Of a DNA stretch of 64,000 bases, positions 19,749 through 30,194 are shown piece after piece. Within the stretch, counting starts at the first letter, position 1. Every line of letters starts with the position of its first letter. This DNA comes from Minisyncoccota bacterium (GTDB lineage Bacteria; Patescibacteriota; Minisyncoccia; Phycocordibacterales; UBA2100). The stretch covers positions 266,814 through 330,813 of the forward strand of contig OZ253947.1 in NCBI GenBank assembly GCA_965267345.1, given 5' to 3'. The notes under the pieces were generated by a model, which ran no database searches, was not told where the DNA came from, and saw only the letters and a program-made list of their open reading frames with translations. The position numbers were made by a program, and so were the translations under genes.

Positions 19749-21383
19749 TTGCGCATGTTGCAGCAAACGGCACTCGGCATTCTCAAAACGGGGCGTAATG
19801 TCTATCTCACCGGCGCCGCAGGCGCAGGAAAGACACACGTACTCAATCAGTACATCGCGTATTTACGGGAGCATGGCGTCGGTGTTGCGGTAACCGCCTC
19901 CACGGGCATTGCAGCCACGCACATCAATGGCATGACCATTCACTCATGGAGCGGTATTGGTGTGAAGGACTACCTCAGTGACTATGAACTTGACGCACTC
20001 GGACAGCGACAGCATCTGGTGCGTCGCTTCGAAAAGACGGATGTGCTCATCATTGATGAAGTATCAATGCTGGCACCACATACACTCGATATGGTTGATG
20101 CGGTCTGCCGAGAACTAAAGCGCACACCCGAAGCGTTTGGAGGCATGCAGGTGGTATTTGCGGGAGACTTTTTTCAATTACCCCCAGTGGTGCGCGGTAG
20201 TAGTGATGTGCAGTTTGCCGACAGTGCACAGAGCTGGCAGGCTGCTGATATCCGCACCTGCTACCTCACCGAACAGTATCGACAGCAAGACGATCCGCTC
20301 GTTGACATACTCAACGATATTCGTGATGGCGAGGTTACCGCACGATCACGCACATTACTCGCCGAACGTGCTATGCCAGCACCGGAGGACGCGCACGCGG
20401 TGCTACTCTTCACGCATAATGAAAATGTCGACGCACGTAACGCGCAAGAATTGCACCATATCACCGGTACCAGTGCGACGTATGACATGACGCACACCGG
20501 TCGCGCTGCACTCGTCGCATCATTGACAAAAGGAGTCTTAGCGCCCGAGCGACTTGAGCTCAAAGTGGGTGCGCAAGTAATGTTTGTTAAGAATGATCCG
20601 GAACGTCAGTTTGCGAACGGAACACTGGGTGAAGTGGTTGCCATCGACGGTGCGTATCCTGTTGTTGAGACGCATGACGGACGACGCATCACCGCTGAGC
20701 CAATGACGTGGGAGATTGTCGAGGATGGCAAGGTTCGTGCGTCGGTGACGCAGATACCGCTACGACTTGCGTGGGCGATTACGGTGCATAAGAGTCAGGG
20801 CATGAGTCTTGATACTGTTGAAATCGATCTCTCACGTGCATTTGTGGCAGGGCAGGGATACGTTGCGCTGTCGCGCGCACGAACACTCGATGGCCTGTAC
20901 CTACGTGAATTTAATGAAACGGCACTTCAGATGAATCCGTATGTGTGTGAGCTCGATGCGCGGTTACGGGAAGTGTCAGATAAATGGGAACACATCTTTA
21001 CCCAGTTTAGTGACGAAAAAGTTACCGCGCTCCAGAAGGCATTTATTGATGCGGTTGGCGGCCGTATGAGCACATCTGACTCAACGGAGGAGTCGCTACC
21101 AACACACCTCAAAACTGTGGCACTACTCACCGAAGGAACAACCGTTGAACATATTGCCGACGCGCGCGGCCTGACGGTCGGCACGGTGCTGATGCACTTG
21201 GAAAAACTGCGTACAGCTGGACACGACGCACTCGACGTACTGCGGCCGGAGGAGACATTTCTCGACGAAGTTCGTGAAGCGTACAAGCAGGCACGCACAA
21301 CGAAATTGCCGGAAATTCACCGCAGGCTGCAAGGACGATACACGTTTGAGGAATTGCGTCTCGCTCGTCTTTTTATCGAGTGA
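19749..21383 (+). CDS. Pif1/RecD-family superfamily-1 helicase with C-terminal helix-turn-helix extension
   Basis: Walker A GAAGAGKTH, DEVSM, FAGDFFQLPPV, HKSQGMS; C-terminal TVEHIADARGLTVGTVLMHLEKL HTH-like. Confidence 0.8.
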   Translation: MRMLQQTALGILKTGRNVYLTGAAGAGKTHVLNQYIAYLREHGVGVAVTASTGIAATHINGMTIHSWSGIGVKDYLSDYELDALGQRQHLVRRFEKTDVLIIDEVSMLAPHTLDMVDAVCRELKRTPEAFGGMQVVFAGDFFQLPPVVRGSSDVQFADSAQSWQAADIRTCYLTEQYRQQDDPLVDILNDIRDGEVTARSRTLLAERAMPAPEDAHAVLLFTHNENVDARNAQELHHITGTSATYDMTHTGRAALVASLTKGVLAPERLELKVGAQVMFVKNDPERQFANGTLGEVVAIDGAYPVVETHDGRRITAEPMTWEIVEDGKVRASVTQIPLRLAWAITVHKSQGMSLDTVEIDLSRAFVAGQGYVALSRARTLDGLYLREFNETALQMNPYVCELDARLREVSDKWEHIFTQFSDEKVTALQKAFIDAVGGRMSTSDSTEESLPTHLKTVALLTEGTTVEHIADARGLTVGTVLMHLEKLRTAGHDALDVLRPEETFLDEVREAYKQARTTKLPEIHRRLQGRYTFEELRLARLFIE

Positions 21384-21396
21384 TATACTACCCACC

Positions 21397-21501
21397 ATGG
21401 GAACTGAAAAGCACAATAAGGATACCGAGCATAAGGATAAAAAAGGAAAAACGGCGCCGCCACGTGTCGCACCACGACTTGATGCACACGCTAAAAAATA
21501 G
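21397..21501 (+). CDS. possible basic micro-protein (34 aa: MGTEKHNKDTEHKDKKGKTAPPRVAPRLDAHAKK)
   Basis: only an ORF in the helicase-folD spacer; no SD. Confidence 0.15.
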   Translation: MGTEKHNKDTEHKDKKGKTAPPRVAPRLDAHAKK

Positions 21502-21567
21502 AGGTATTAAAGAAAAGAAGTCGTAGGAGCACGTCGAACGTGTACCTGTGTGCTATAGTGCGGCTCT

Positions 21568-22398
21568 ATGGCAGTCATTGTTGACGGAAATACCATTGCC
21601 AACACGATACAGGCGGAATTGCGTGAGCGTGTTGCCGCCTGTGGAGTGCGGCCACGCATTGATATTTTTCGTGCTGAAGGAAATGCAGTTATTGAACGTT
21701 ACGTCGCACGCAAGCGGATATTTGCCAAAGCAATCGGCGCCACCTGCACCGAGTTTATCATCGCACAGGAAACGACCACTGAGGAATTGATTGCTGCGAT
21801 TGAAGCACGGGCGCAGGAAACTGATGGCATCGTCGTGCAATTGCCGCTCCCGTCGCACATTGAACGCGACCGCGTACTGGCCGCAATCCCGCCTGAAAAG
21901 GACATCGACAACCTATCGCAAAACGCTGCCGTCACTGCTGAAGCTCCGGTTGCCGGTGCCGTGCGTGAAATTATTGAACGGCATGCGGTTGCACTCGACG
22001 GAAAGCGTGTGGTAATTGTCGGGCGCGGACGCCTCGTCGGCATGCCTGTTGCGACGTACTTTGGACAGACAGCCGTTGTGGATGTCGTAACTCTTGACCG
22101 AACAACGTCAGAAGCAGCGGTGCGCGATGCACTGCATCGTGCTGATATTGTGGTCAGTGGTATTGGCGTTCCGCATCACATCACCGTTGACATGATTGCC
22201 GACGGTGTCGTTTTACTCGACGCCGGCACATCCTCATCAGCAGGAACGGTGGTTGGTGACATTGCTCCTGAATGCGAGGCAAAGGCAGCGCTTATGGCGA
22301 AGACGCCCGGCGGCATTGGCCCGATTACCATTGCAATTCTTTTTTCAAATTTGGTCGCCGCAGCCTGCGGAAGGATGCCTGTGGGTAACGAACAGTAG
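21568..22398 (+). CDS. folD: bifunctional methylenetetrahydrofolate dehydrogenase/cyclohydrolase
   Basis: MAVIVDGNTIA..., NADP Rossmann GRGRLVGMPVA, GGIGPITIA. Confidence 0.9.
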   Translation: MAVIVDGNTIANTIQAELRERVAACGVRPRIDIFRAEGNAVIERYVARKRIFAKAIGATCTEFIIAQETTTEELIAAIEARAQETDGIVVQLPLPSHIERDRVLAAIPPEKDIDNLSQNAAVTAEAPVAGAVREIIERHAVALDGKRVVIVGRGRLVGMPVATYFGQTAVVDVVTLDRTTSEAAVRDALHRADIVVSGIGVPHHITVDMIADGVVLLDAGTSSSAGTVVGDIAPECEAKAALMAKTPGGIGPITIAILFSNLVAAACGRMPVGNEQ

Positions 22399-22436
22399 CG
22401 TACGTGCAGTGGTGTACTATACGAGTAGCATAGCGT

Positions 22437-22940
22437 ATGAAGAAGCTCACACGTAACGAGTACATTGCAGTCGCCGTCGGACTCGGCGTCGTACTGTTGT
22501 TCTTGCCGTTTTTCTTCAGTGCAACACGAATGCCGACGTGGACTGCAGCGTCGCCAGTGCCACAGGCGAGTGTCACTGAGGTATCAAACAGCCTGCTTGA
22601 ACTCGGCGTACGTGATGTTGTCTCGGGTACGGGTTTACGGGCTGACGTTGGCGACACGGTGTACGTGCACTACGTTGGTGAACTCGAAAATGGCGACGTC
22701 TTTGATACATCGGTTACTTCAGACGAGCCGTTTCGCACGGTGCTCGGTGAAGGAAACGTGATCCTCGGATGGGATATTGGCCTTGTGGGCATGCGCGAAG
22801 GCGGCACACGCCACCTCGTCGTGCCACCTGATTTCGCCTACGGTGCCAATGCCGTACACGATTCCAGCGGAGAGACGGTGGTGCCGGCAAATGCAACACT
22901 GCGATTCGACGTCGTACTCCTCAAAGTGGTTAAGCAGTAA
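22437..22940 (+). CDS. FKBP-type peptidyl-prolyl cis-trans isomerase, membrane anchored
   Basis: VHYVGELENGDVFDTS...GEGNVILGWDIGLVGMREGGTRHLVVPPDFAYG. Confidence 0.85.
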   Translation: MKKLTRNEYIAVAVGLGVVLLFLPFFFSATRMPTWTAASPVPQASVTEVSNSLLELGVRDVVSGTGLRADVGDTVYVHYVGELENGDVFDTSVTSDEPFRTVLGEGNVILGWDIGLVGMREGGTRHLVVPPDFAYGANAVHDSSGETVVPANATLRFDVVLLKVVKQ

Positions 22941-22965
22941 TGCGCAGTGCACACTGCACGCATGC

Positions 22966-22987
22966 GCGCAATTGTATTGCGCTTTTT
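22966..22987 (+). terminator. intrinsic terminator GCGCAAT-TGT-ATTGCGC-TTTTT
   Basis: 7 bp perfect stem plus T5 right after the FKBP stop. Confidence 0.6.
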
Positions 22988-23013
22988 CTATAGTCGCGTA
23001 AAGTCTTGCTAGT

Positions 23014-25038
23014 ATGACGAACACGTTTGATATCCAACGCCCCTATACACCCGCCGGTGATCAACCGCAGGCGATTACGGCGCTCACTGAGGGTCTCAAG
23101 AAGAATGTCCGGCATCAGACGCTTCTCGGGGCGACGGGGACCGGCAAAACGTTTAGTGTCGCCAATGTGATCCAAAACGTGCAAAAACCAACACTGGTTA
23201 TTGCACATAACAAAACGCTTGCTGCGCAGCTTACTGCCGAGTTTCGCGAATTTTTTCCACACAACGAGGTGCACTACTTCGTCTCGTATTACGACTTTTA
23301 CCAACCTGAAGCGTACGTGCCGATCACTGATACGTACATTGAGAAAGAGGCGCAGATTAATGATGAGATCGACCGGCTGCGCCACGCCGCGACACAAGCA
23401 CTGTTGACGAAAAAGGATGTGATCGTCGTTGCCTCTGTATCGGCAATTTATGGCCTTGGCAATCCTGAGGAATACGCGAATGTCATTTTGACGGTACGCG
23501 TGGGTGACACACGAACGCGCGCGGCGTTTGTGCGTGAGCTCATTGATATGTACTTCGAACGCGTTGCGGGTGACTTGCGTGCGGGCACCTTTCGAGCACT
23601 GGGTAACATGGTTGAGATTATGCCCGCCCACGAAGAGGTCGTATACCGTGTGCACATAACCGGTACGACCGTCAGTCGCATCGAAGTACTCGACCCAATT
23701 ACCCGACGCATCACCGGCGAAATTGCAGAGACGACACTCTTTCCCGCAAAACACTTTGTGACACCTGAGGCCGTTAAAGAGGCCGCACTGAAAGATATTG
23801 AAGCTGAGTTGCGAGACCAACTCGCTACACTGCGGCGCGCAGGTAATAATTTAGCTGCAGAACGTCTTAGCCGACGTACGCGGCAAGACATCGCGCTCAT
23901 TCGTGAAATTGGCTACTGCAACGGTATTGAAAACTATTCACGTCACTTCGACCGACGTAGTGCGGGACAAGCACCACATACACTCCTTTCGTACTTTCCG
24001 CGCACGAGTGACGGCACCCCCGACTTTCTAACCGTGATTGATGAGTCACACGTCACCATTCCACAAATTGCGGCAATGCATGCAGGAGATCGCGCGCGGA
24101 AAGATACGCTCGTTGAGCATGGGTTTCGCCTTCCGTCGGCACGGGATAACCGTCCGCTCACGTTTGATGAGTTTGAGGAACGGGTCGGGCCGTGTATCTA
24201 TGTCAGCGCCACCCCCGGCACGTATGAGCGCGAGCACAGTGCGGGACATGTAGTGGAGCAAATTATTCGCCCGACGGGACTGGTTGATCCGGAAATTGAT
24301 GTGCGACCGATTGTCTCAAGCGATGACTACGACGGGCAGGTGCAGGACTTTATTGCTGAAGCCGAAGTAGTCACAAAAAGCGGCGCACGATCACTCGTCA
24401 CGGTTCTCACAAAAAAAATGGCAGAAGATCTCACGGAGTTTCTGAAAGAGCGCTCAATACGCGCTGAGTACATCCATAGCGAAGTGAAGACCGTTGACCG
24501 CATTAATATTTTGACTGATTTTCGACGCGGTGAGTTTGACGTGTTAGTGGGCGTTAACCTGCTTCGCGAAGGGCTCGACCTACCGGAAGTTGAGCTGGTC
24601 GCCATTCTAGATGCTGATAAGGAAGGGTTTTTGCGTAGCGAAACGTCGCTCATTCAGACAATCGGACGTGCTGCGCGTAATGTACGTGGCCGCGTCATTC
24701 TCTATGCCGATAGTGTCACCGGTTCAATGGAGCGCGCTCTCGAGGAAACCGATCGACGTCGCGAAAAGCAGCTTGCGCACAACAAAAAGCACAACATCAC
24801 ACCACAGACGATTTCAAAAACCATCAAGGATATCTCTGATCAGTTTGTAAAGAGTCACACCAAAGCTGTTGCACGACTGGCCGAACTCGATGCGGCAACC
24901 GTAACCACCGCCGCGGAACGCAAAAAACTCGTCACAGAAAAGCGCACTCGCATGAAAGAGGCGGCACGCGATCTTGATTTTGAAACCGCAGCACTTTTAC
25001 GGGACGAAATACAGCTTCTCGAGGAAACACAGAAGTAG
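23014..25038 (+). CDS. uvrB: excinuclease ABC subunit B
   Basis: helicase motifs [12 protein letters not shown]; C-terminal UVR domain; 674 aa. Confidence 0.95.
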   Translation: MTNTFDIQRPYTPAGDQPQAITALTEGLKKNVRHQTLLGATGTGKTFSVANVIQNVQKPTLVIAHNKTLAAQLTAEFREFFPHNEVHYFVSYYDFYQPEAYVPITDTYIEKEAQINDEIDRLRHAATQALLTKKDVIVVASVSAIYGLGNPEEYANVILTVRVGDTRTRAAFVRELIDMYFERVAGDLRAGTFRALGNMVEIMPAHEEVVYRVHITGTTVSRIEVLDPITRRITGEIAETTLFPAKHFVTPEAVKEAALKDIEAELRDQLATLRRAGNNLAAERLSRRTRQDIALIREIGYCNGIENYSRHFDRRSAGQAPHTLLSYFPRTSDGTPDFLTVIDESHVTIPQIAAMHAGDRARKDTLVEHGFRLPSARDNRPLTFDEFEERVGPCIYVSATPGTYEREHSAGHVVEQIIRPTGLVDPEIDVRPIVSSDDYDGQVQDFIAEAEVVTKSGARSLVTVLTKKMAEDLTEFLKERSIRAEYIHSEVKTVDRINILTDFRRGEFDVLVGVNLLREGLDLPEVELVAILDADKEGFLRSETSLIQTIGRAARNVRGRVILYADSVTGSMERALEETDRRREKQLAHNKKHNITPQTISKTIKDISDQFVKSHTKAVARLAELDAATVTTAAERKKLVTEKRTRMKEAARDLDFETAALLRDEIQLLEETQK

Positions 25039-25068
25039 TGTGCTATAGTAGCGGCAACCCCTGCCTCC

Positions 25069-27660
25069 ATGCAGGGGCACCCATGTATGGAAAACAAGAT
25101 TAGTGTTAAAGGAGCGCGCACCCATAACCTAAAAAACGTCACGGTTGAGATGCCGCGTGACAAGATGATTGTAATTACAGGGCTGTCAGGCTCGGGGAAG
25201 TCGTCGTTGGCATTCGATACGATTTTTGCTGAAGGACAACGACGCTATATTGAATCGCTCTCAGCGTATGCCCGACAATTCCTGCGCCAAATGCAGAAAC
25301 CGGACGTCGATGAAATTACGGGACTGTCACCGGCAATTTCAATTGACCAAAAGTCACGCTCAAACAATCCGCGCTCGACGGTTGCAACCATTACCGAAAT
25401 TTATGACTACCTGCGCGTGCTGTTTGCGCGCATCGGACGACCGCACTGTCTTGAATGCGGACGACCGATACACAAACTCACGAATGAAGAAATTCTCGGT
25501 ACGATTACGAAACTCATCGCCGACACTACATCGAAAACGAAGCAGCAGGCCGTGCTCGGCGTACCTATTAGTGATGCGAAAGTGCAGCTCTACGCACCTG
25601 TGGTTATGGGGCGTAAAGGTGAGTACTATCAGATGCTCTACGATATGCTCAACCGCGGTTTTGAGCGCGCCCGTATTGACGGACGCGAGGTAAGCCTGCG
25701 TGAGCGCGTTACCCTCAACAAAACCAAGAAGCACGACATTGATATTCTCGTTGATGAACTCTACGTTAGTGAATTTACCGACGACCCAAAAGGAACCAAT
25801 GAGCGTGTTTCGGAAGCTATTGAACGAGCATTGCACGAAGCTGACAACCTTCTTAAGGTAATCGACCCGACGGGGAAGGAGCACATCATTTCCGGCAAGT
25901 TTATGTGTCCGTATGACGGTTTCTCATTTCCCGAAGTCGAACCACGTTTATTCAGTTTTAACTCACCGTACGGCGCCTGTGACGAGTGTAAAGGACTCGG
26001 AACAAAAACCTTTTTCACTGATGAGCCCTGTGATGTGTGTCAGGGTGCACGACTTCGCCCGGAAGCACTGCACGTATTTTTGGGTGAAGGGAAAAACAGG
26101 AAAAACATTGTCGAACTCGTGGCGTTATCAATTGACGACGCACAGGACTTCTTTATTGAGCTGGAGCTTAGTGCAAAAGAACAAGAAATCTCAAACGTCG
26201 TTGTGCGCGAAATTACCGACCGGCTGCAATTTATGCTCAATGTCGGCATCGGCTACCTTGCGCTCGATCGTCGTGCAAACACCCTCTCAGGTGGAGAAGC
26301 GCAACGTATTCGCCTTGCGAGTCAACTGGGGAGTGGTCTTGTTGGTGCCCTCTATGTACTTGATGAACCAACTATCGGGCTCCATCAACGCGATAACGAC
26401 CGCTTGATCCGCACGCTCACGAGCCTGCGCGATTTAGGCAATACGATTGTCGTTGTTGAGCACGATGAAGACACGATTTTTGCAGCTGACTATCTTATCG
26501 ATGTGGGGCCGGGAGCCGGAGTGCACGGCGGCGATATTGTTGTCTCGGGATGGCTCAAGGAGCTGCTTGCTGCAAAAACGAATAAGAGCAAGTCACGCAC
26601 ACTGGCATATTTGCGTGGTGAAAAAAGAATCGAAGTACCTGAAAAACGTCGAGACGCCAATAAAGGCAAGCTGCAGATTCGTGGTGCAAAAAAATACAGC
26701 ATTCAGAATTTGGACGTTGATGTGCCACTCGGGCGTCTCGTGAGCATTACGGGTGTATCAGGTTCAGGGAAGTCGACCTTCTTGTATGAAATACTGCACC
26801 AGAATCTGCGTGCTCGATTTGATCGACGCTACCGCACCAACAAAGTGTACAACTGTGCGCGATTTTCCGGTACCGAATATGTGGCACGATCAATTTTGAT
26901 TGACCAGTCGCCGATCGGACGCACACCGCGATCGAATCCCGCAACGTATACGGGAGCCTTTACGCACATCCGTGATTTGTTTGCCGCAACACCTGAGGCT
27001 CGTGCGCGTGGGTGGAAACCCGGACGATTCAGTTTCAATGTGAAGGGTGGTCGCTGCGAAGCGTGCCAAGGAAACGGCATGGTATCGGTTGAAATGCACT
27101 TTTTGCCGACCGTGTATGTGACGTGCGATGTCTGTAACGGTCGTCGCTTTATGCGCGAAACACTTGAGGTTGAATACAAGGGCAAAAACATCCACGAGGT
27201 GCTCAATATGACCATCGAAGAGGCGCTCGCCTTTTTCGAAGACATTCCTGCAATTTATGATCGACTCAAAACGCTGAACGATGTCGGACTGGGCTATCTT
27301 GAGCTGGGGCAGAGTGCAACAACGCTCTCAGGTGGTGAAGCACAGCGCGTGAAAATTGCCTCTGAGTTGTATCGCCCCGACACGACTAAAACGGTGTATC
27401 TACTTGATGAGCCAACCGTCGGATTGCACTACGACGACGTCGCTAAACTTATCGAAATTCTCGAGCAGTTGGTCAAGCGCGGCAACACAGTGATTGTGAT
27501 TGAACACAACATGGATATCATCAAAAGCTCTGACTATGTGATCGATTTTGGCCCAGAGGGAGGTGACGAGGGTGGTACGATCGTGGCAAAGGGTACTCCC
27601 GAAGAAGTGGCGAAAAGTAAAACGTCGCACACGGGAACCTACTTAAAGAAAGTCCTGTAG
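25069..27660 (+). CDS. uvrA: excinuclease ABC subunit A
   Basis: two ABC ATPase modules ([18 protein letters not shown]), zinc fingers; 863 aa. Confidence 0.95.
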   Translation: MQGHPCMENKISVKGARTHNLKNVTVEMPRDKMIVITGLSGSGKSSLAFDTIFAEGQRRYIESLSAYARQFLRQMQKPDVDEITGLSPAISIDQKSRSNNPRSTVATITEIYDYLRVLFARIGRPHCLECGRPIHKLTNEEILGTITKLIADTTSKTKQQAVLGVPISDAKVQLYAPVVMGRKGEYYQMLYDMLNRGFERARIDGREVSLRERVTLNKTKKHDIDILVDELYVSEFTDDPKGTNERVSEAIERALHEADNLLKVIDPTGKEHIISGKFMCPYDGFSFPEVEPRLFSFNSPYGACDECKGLGTKTFFTDEPCDVCQGARLRPEALHVFLGEGKNRKNIVELVALSIDDAQDFFIELELSAKEQEISNVVVREITDRLQFMLNVGIGYLALDRRANTLSGGEAQRIRLASQLGSGLVGALYVLDEPTIGLHQRDNDRLIRTLTSLRDLGNTIVVVEHDEDTIFAADYLIDVGPGAGVHGGDIVVSGWLKELLAAKTNKSKSRTLAYLRGEKRIEVPEKRRDANKGKLQIRGAKKYSIQNLDVDVPLGRLVSITGVSGSGKSTFLYEILHQNLRARFDRRYRTNKVYNCARFSGTEYVARSILIDQSPIGRTPRSNPATYTGAFTHIRDLFAATPEARARGWKPGRFSFNVKGGRCEACQGNGMVSVEMHFLPTVYVTCDVCNGRRFMRETLEVEYKGKNIHEVLNMTIEEALAFFEDIPAIYDRLKTLNDVGLGYLELGQSATTLSGGEAQRVKIASELYRPDTTKTVYLLDEPTVGLHYDDVAKLIEILEQLVKRGNTVIVIEHNMDIIKSSDYVIDFGPEGGDEGGTIVAKGTPEEVAKSKTSHTGTYLKKVL

Positions 27661-27671
27661 TTACATAGGCG

Positions 27672-27697
27672 AGAGGCGACACTACAGTGTCGCCTCT
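27672..27697. terminator. perfect 11 bp hairpin AGAGGCGACAC-TACA-GTGTCGCCTCT between convergent uvrA and a minus-strand small gene
   Basis: read directly; no strong U-tract. Confidence 0.45.
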
Positions 27698-27936
27698 GCA
27701 AGGATCATCTCCAAAAACGTTGTTCGGAAGAAGACAGATCCCTCTTTATAAAAGGTGTTCCAGCGTGGGTCGTCATCACCCGTCGGCTGTGTGCCGTAGC
27801 GCAGTACGAATGCCCGCTGCCACAGTGTTGGACAGTGACGTTGTGCATAGAGGCATGCCGGTTTTCCGACACACCGCACGGTGCACATTGACTGAGCGAC
27901 GAGCATCGCGGCAGGTAACGGTATGCCTTTGCTCAT
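27682..27936 (-). CDS. hypothetical small Cys-rich protein (84 aa)
   Basis: minus-strand ORF with strong SD GGAAGGAG 6 nt upstream of ATG; seven Cys (C..C...C......C); sits antisense in the uvrA-uvrC spacer. Confidence 0.5.
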   Translation of the reverse strand: MSKGIPLPAAMLVAQSMCTVRCVGKPACLYAQRHCPTLWQRAFVLRYGTQPTGDDDPRWNTFYKEGSVFFRTTFLEMILAEATL

Positions 27937-28023
27937 GTGGGACTCCTTCCCCGTGTGAGAACACTCTAAAGTTTAATGGTAGCGTGGTTTGGGTATAAAA
28001 ACAATGTATAGTGGCACACATAT

Positions 28024-29238
28024 ATGGAAAAAGGTGATGTTCGAAAACTAGATATTCCCGAGAGTCCGGGTGTGTACTTCTTTCGTAATGCACGCAAGCA
28101 ATTACTTTATGTCGGGAAAGCAACATCGCTGCGCAGTCGCGTGCGGAGCTATTTCAACAGCGACATCGAAGCAAGTCGCGGGCCGCTCATCGTTAAAATG
28201 CTCGAAGAGGCTTCGACGGTTGCGTGGGAAGAAACTGATTCGGTGCTTGAGGCACTGTTGCTTGAAGCTCAGTACATAAAAAAGTATCAACCGCCGTACA
28301 ATACACGTGATAAAGATAATAAAAGTTTCAACTATGTTGTTATTACGCGTGAGGCATTTCCACGTGTGCTTGCGGTACGCGGGCGTGAGCTTTTCAGCAC
28401 ATGGCGCGACGATGACATTCAGTACCTGTTTGGGCCATTCTCACATGGGCGTGCGCTTAAGAGTGCGCTAAAAATTATTCGCAAAATCCTTCCGTTTCGC
28501 GATGCCTGTGTACCTGAGAGCGGCACGGCCTGCTTCAATGCGCAGATTGGCTTGTGCCCCGGAGTCTGCTCAGGGGCAATGGACGAAAAAGCGTACCGAC
28601 AACGTATCAATCATATCCGCCTGCTCTTTGAGGGAAAGAAAGCACGACTGTTGCGCGAACTGGAGCGAGCAATGCAACGTGCAGCACAACAAGAGCATTT
28701 TGAGGACGCTGCTGATCTGAAAAAAAAGATATTTGCCTTACAGCACATTCAGGACACCGCGCTTCTGGGTGACAGTGTGCGCATGTCAACGGGCGACGGT
28801 CTCAATCGCATTGAGGGGTACGATGTTGCGCACATTAGTGAGACCGATCGCGTCGGCGTAATGGTTGTCATTGAAGACAGCGAATCGCAAAAAGGGAGCT
28901 ATCGTAAATTTAATATACGTACTGAAAAGCAGGGTGACATTGCTGCGCTAACGGAAATACTGCAGCGACGCTTTGCGCACACCGAGTGGCCACTGCCGAA
29001 AATTATTGTCATTGACGGTGGCGTTGCACAGCGAAACGCAGCACAGCGCGTACTGGATGAGTTTGGGTACGGTATACCACTTGTGAACGTGGTAAAAAAT
29101 GAGCGTCACAAAGCAGGGCGTCTGCTTGGCATGACGGCACGTACACAGCGTGCCGAAAAGGACATTCTACTTGCAAATGCCGAGGCGCATCGGTTTGCAC
29201 TGGCATTTCATCGTCAAAAACGTGATAGGCTTTCCTAA
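28024..29238 (+). CDS. uvrC: excinuclease ABC subunit C, short form lacking the C-terminal (HhH)2 domain
   Basis: GIY-YIG N-terminus (PGVYFFRN...LYVGKATSLRSRVRSY), UvrB-interacting and RNase-H-like endonuclease regions; only 404 aa. Confidence 0.88.
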   Translation: MEKGDVRKLDIPESPGVYFFRNARKQLLYVGKATSLRSRVRSYFNSDIEASRGPLIVKMLEEASTVAWEETDSVLEALLLEAQYIKKYQPPYNTRDKDNKSFNYVVITREAFPRVLAVRGRELFSTWRDDDIQYLFGPFSHGRALKSALKIIRKILPFRDACVPESGTACFNAQIGLCPGVCSGAMDEKAYRQRINHIRLLFEGKKARLLRELERAMQRAAQQEHFEDAADLKKKIFALQHIQDTALLGDSVRMSTGDGLNRIEGYDVAHISETDRVGVMVVIEDSESQKGSYRKFNIRTEKQGDIAALTEILQRRFAHTEWPLPKIIVIDGGVAQRNAAQRVLDEFGYGIPLVNVVKNERHKAGRLLGMTARTQRAEKDILLANAEAHRFALAFHRQKRDRLS

Positions 29239-30162
29239 ATGCAGATGCAACACGACATACCACTTGCGGACTACACCACCTTTGGCATTGGTGGACGAGC
29301 AGCTCATTTCATTGACGTAGCGACAGTTGACGACGTACGGGAGGCCATTGCATACGCACGAGACCACGAACTCCCGTGGCAGGTACTGGCCGGTGGCAGC
29401 AACGTACTCGTTGCCGACGCTGGCTATGCTGGTGTTGTTATTCACCTGTGCTCGAATCTTATGGAGGTTTCAGGCACTACGGTAGAGGCTGCTGCCGGCT
29501 GTGTACTCGCAACCTGCATTTCAGATACGGCACAGCGCGGGCTCGGCGGCTGGGAACACATGTACGGCATTCCCGGAACCATTGGTGGTGCGGTGCGCGG
29601 TAATGCGGGTGCATTTGGTACTGAAATAGGCGATGTGGTCACGCAGGTACACGCCTACAATGTCACCACCGACGACGTACGTGACTTTCAACATGCGGAA
29701 TGCGCGTTTGGCTACCGAAGTAGCTTTTTTAAGGCACATCCAGAATGGATCATTCTGTCAGCAACACTGCAGCTTACTGAAGGGGATAGCGCAACACTCC
29801 AAGCACGCGCCGACGAAATCCTACAGGAGCGCAATGATCGCCAAATCCAAGATATCAAATCAGGCGGCTCCTTTTTTATGAATCCCATTGTGCCAGAAGA
29901 CATACAAAATGCATTTGAACGCGAAAAGGGTATGCCGGCACGCGAAGGCCGTGTTCCTGCAGGTTGGCTCATCGAAAAGAGCGGTTGTAAGGGTGTGTGT
30001 GTTGGCGACGCGTGCACGGGTACGCGAAGTGCAAACTATGTCATTAACACAGATACTGCTCGTGCGTCTGATGTACGCACACTGACACAAAATATCAAAG
30101 CTGCTGTCCGACAAACGTGGGGCGTGGCGCTCGAAGAGGAAGTCACACAACTTGGTTTCTAG
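29239..30162 (+). CDS. murB: UDP-N-acetylenolpyruvoylglucosamine reductase
   Basis: FAD-binding N-terminus, conserved C-terminal Ser/Glu region; 307 aa. Confidence 0.9.
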   Translation: MQMQHDIPLADYTTFGIGGRAAHFIDVATVDDVREAIAYARDHELPWQVLAGGSNVLVADAGYAGVVIHLCSNLMEVSGTTVEAAAGCVLATCISDTAQRGLGGWEHMYGIPGTIGGAVRGNAGAFGTEIGDVVTQVHAYNVTTDDVRDFQHAECAFGYRSSFFKAHPEWIILSATLQLTEGDSATLQARADEILQERNDRQIQDIKSGGSFFMNPIVPEDIQNAFEREKGMPAREGRVPAGWLIEKSGCKGVCVGDACTGTRSANYVINTDTARASDVRTLTQNIKAAVRQTWGVALEEEVTQLGF

Positions 30163-30194
30163 CCTTGCACAGCGCTGTGCTACACTAGTGCTAT

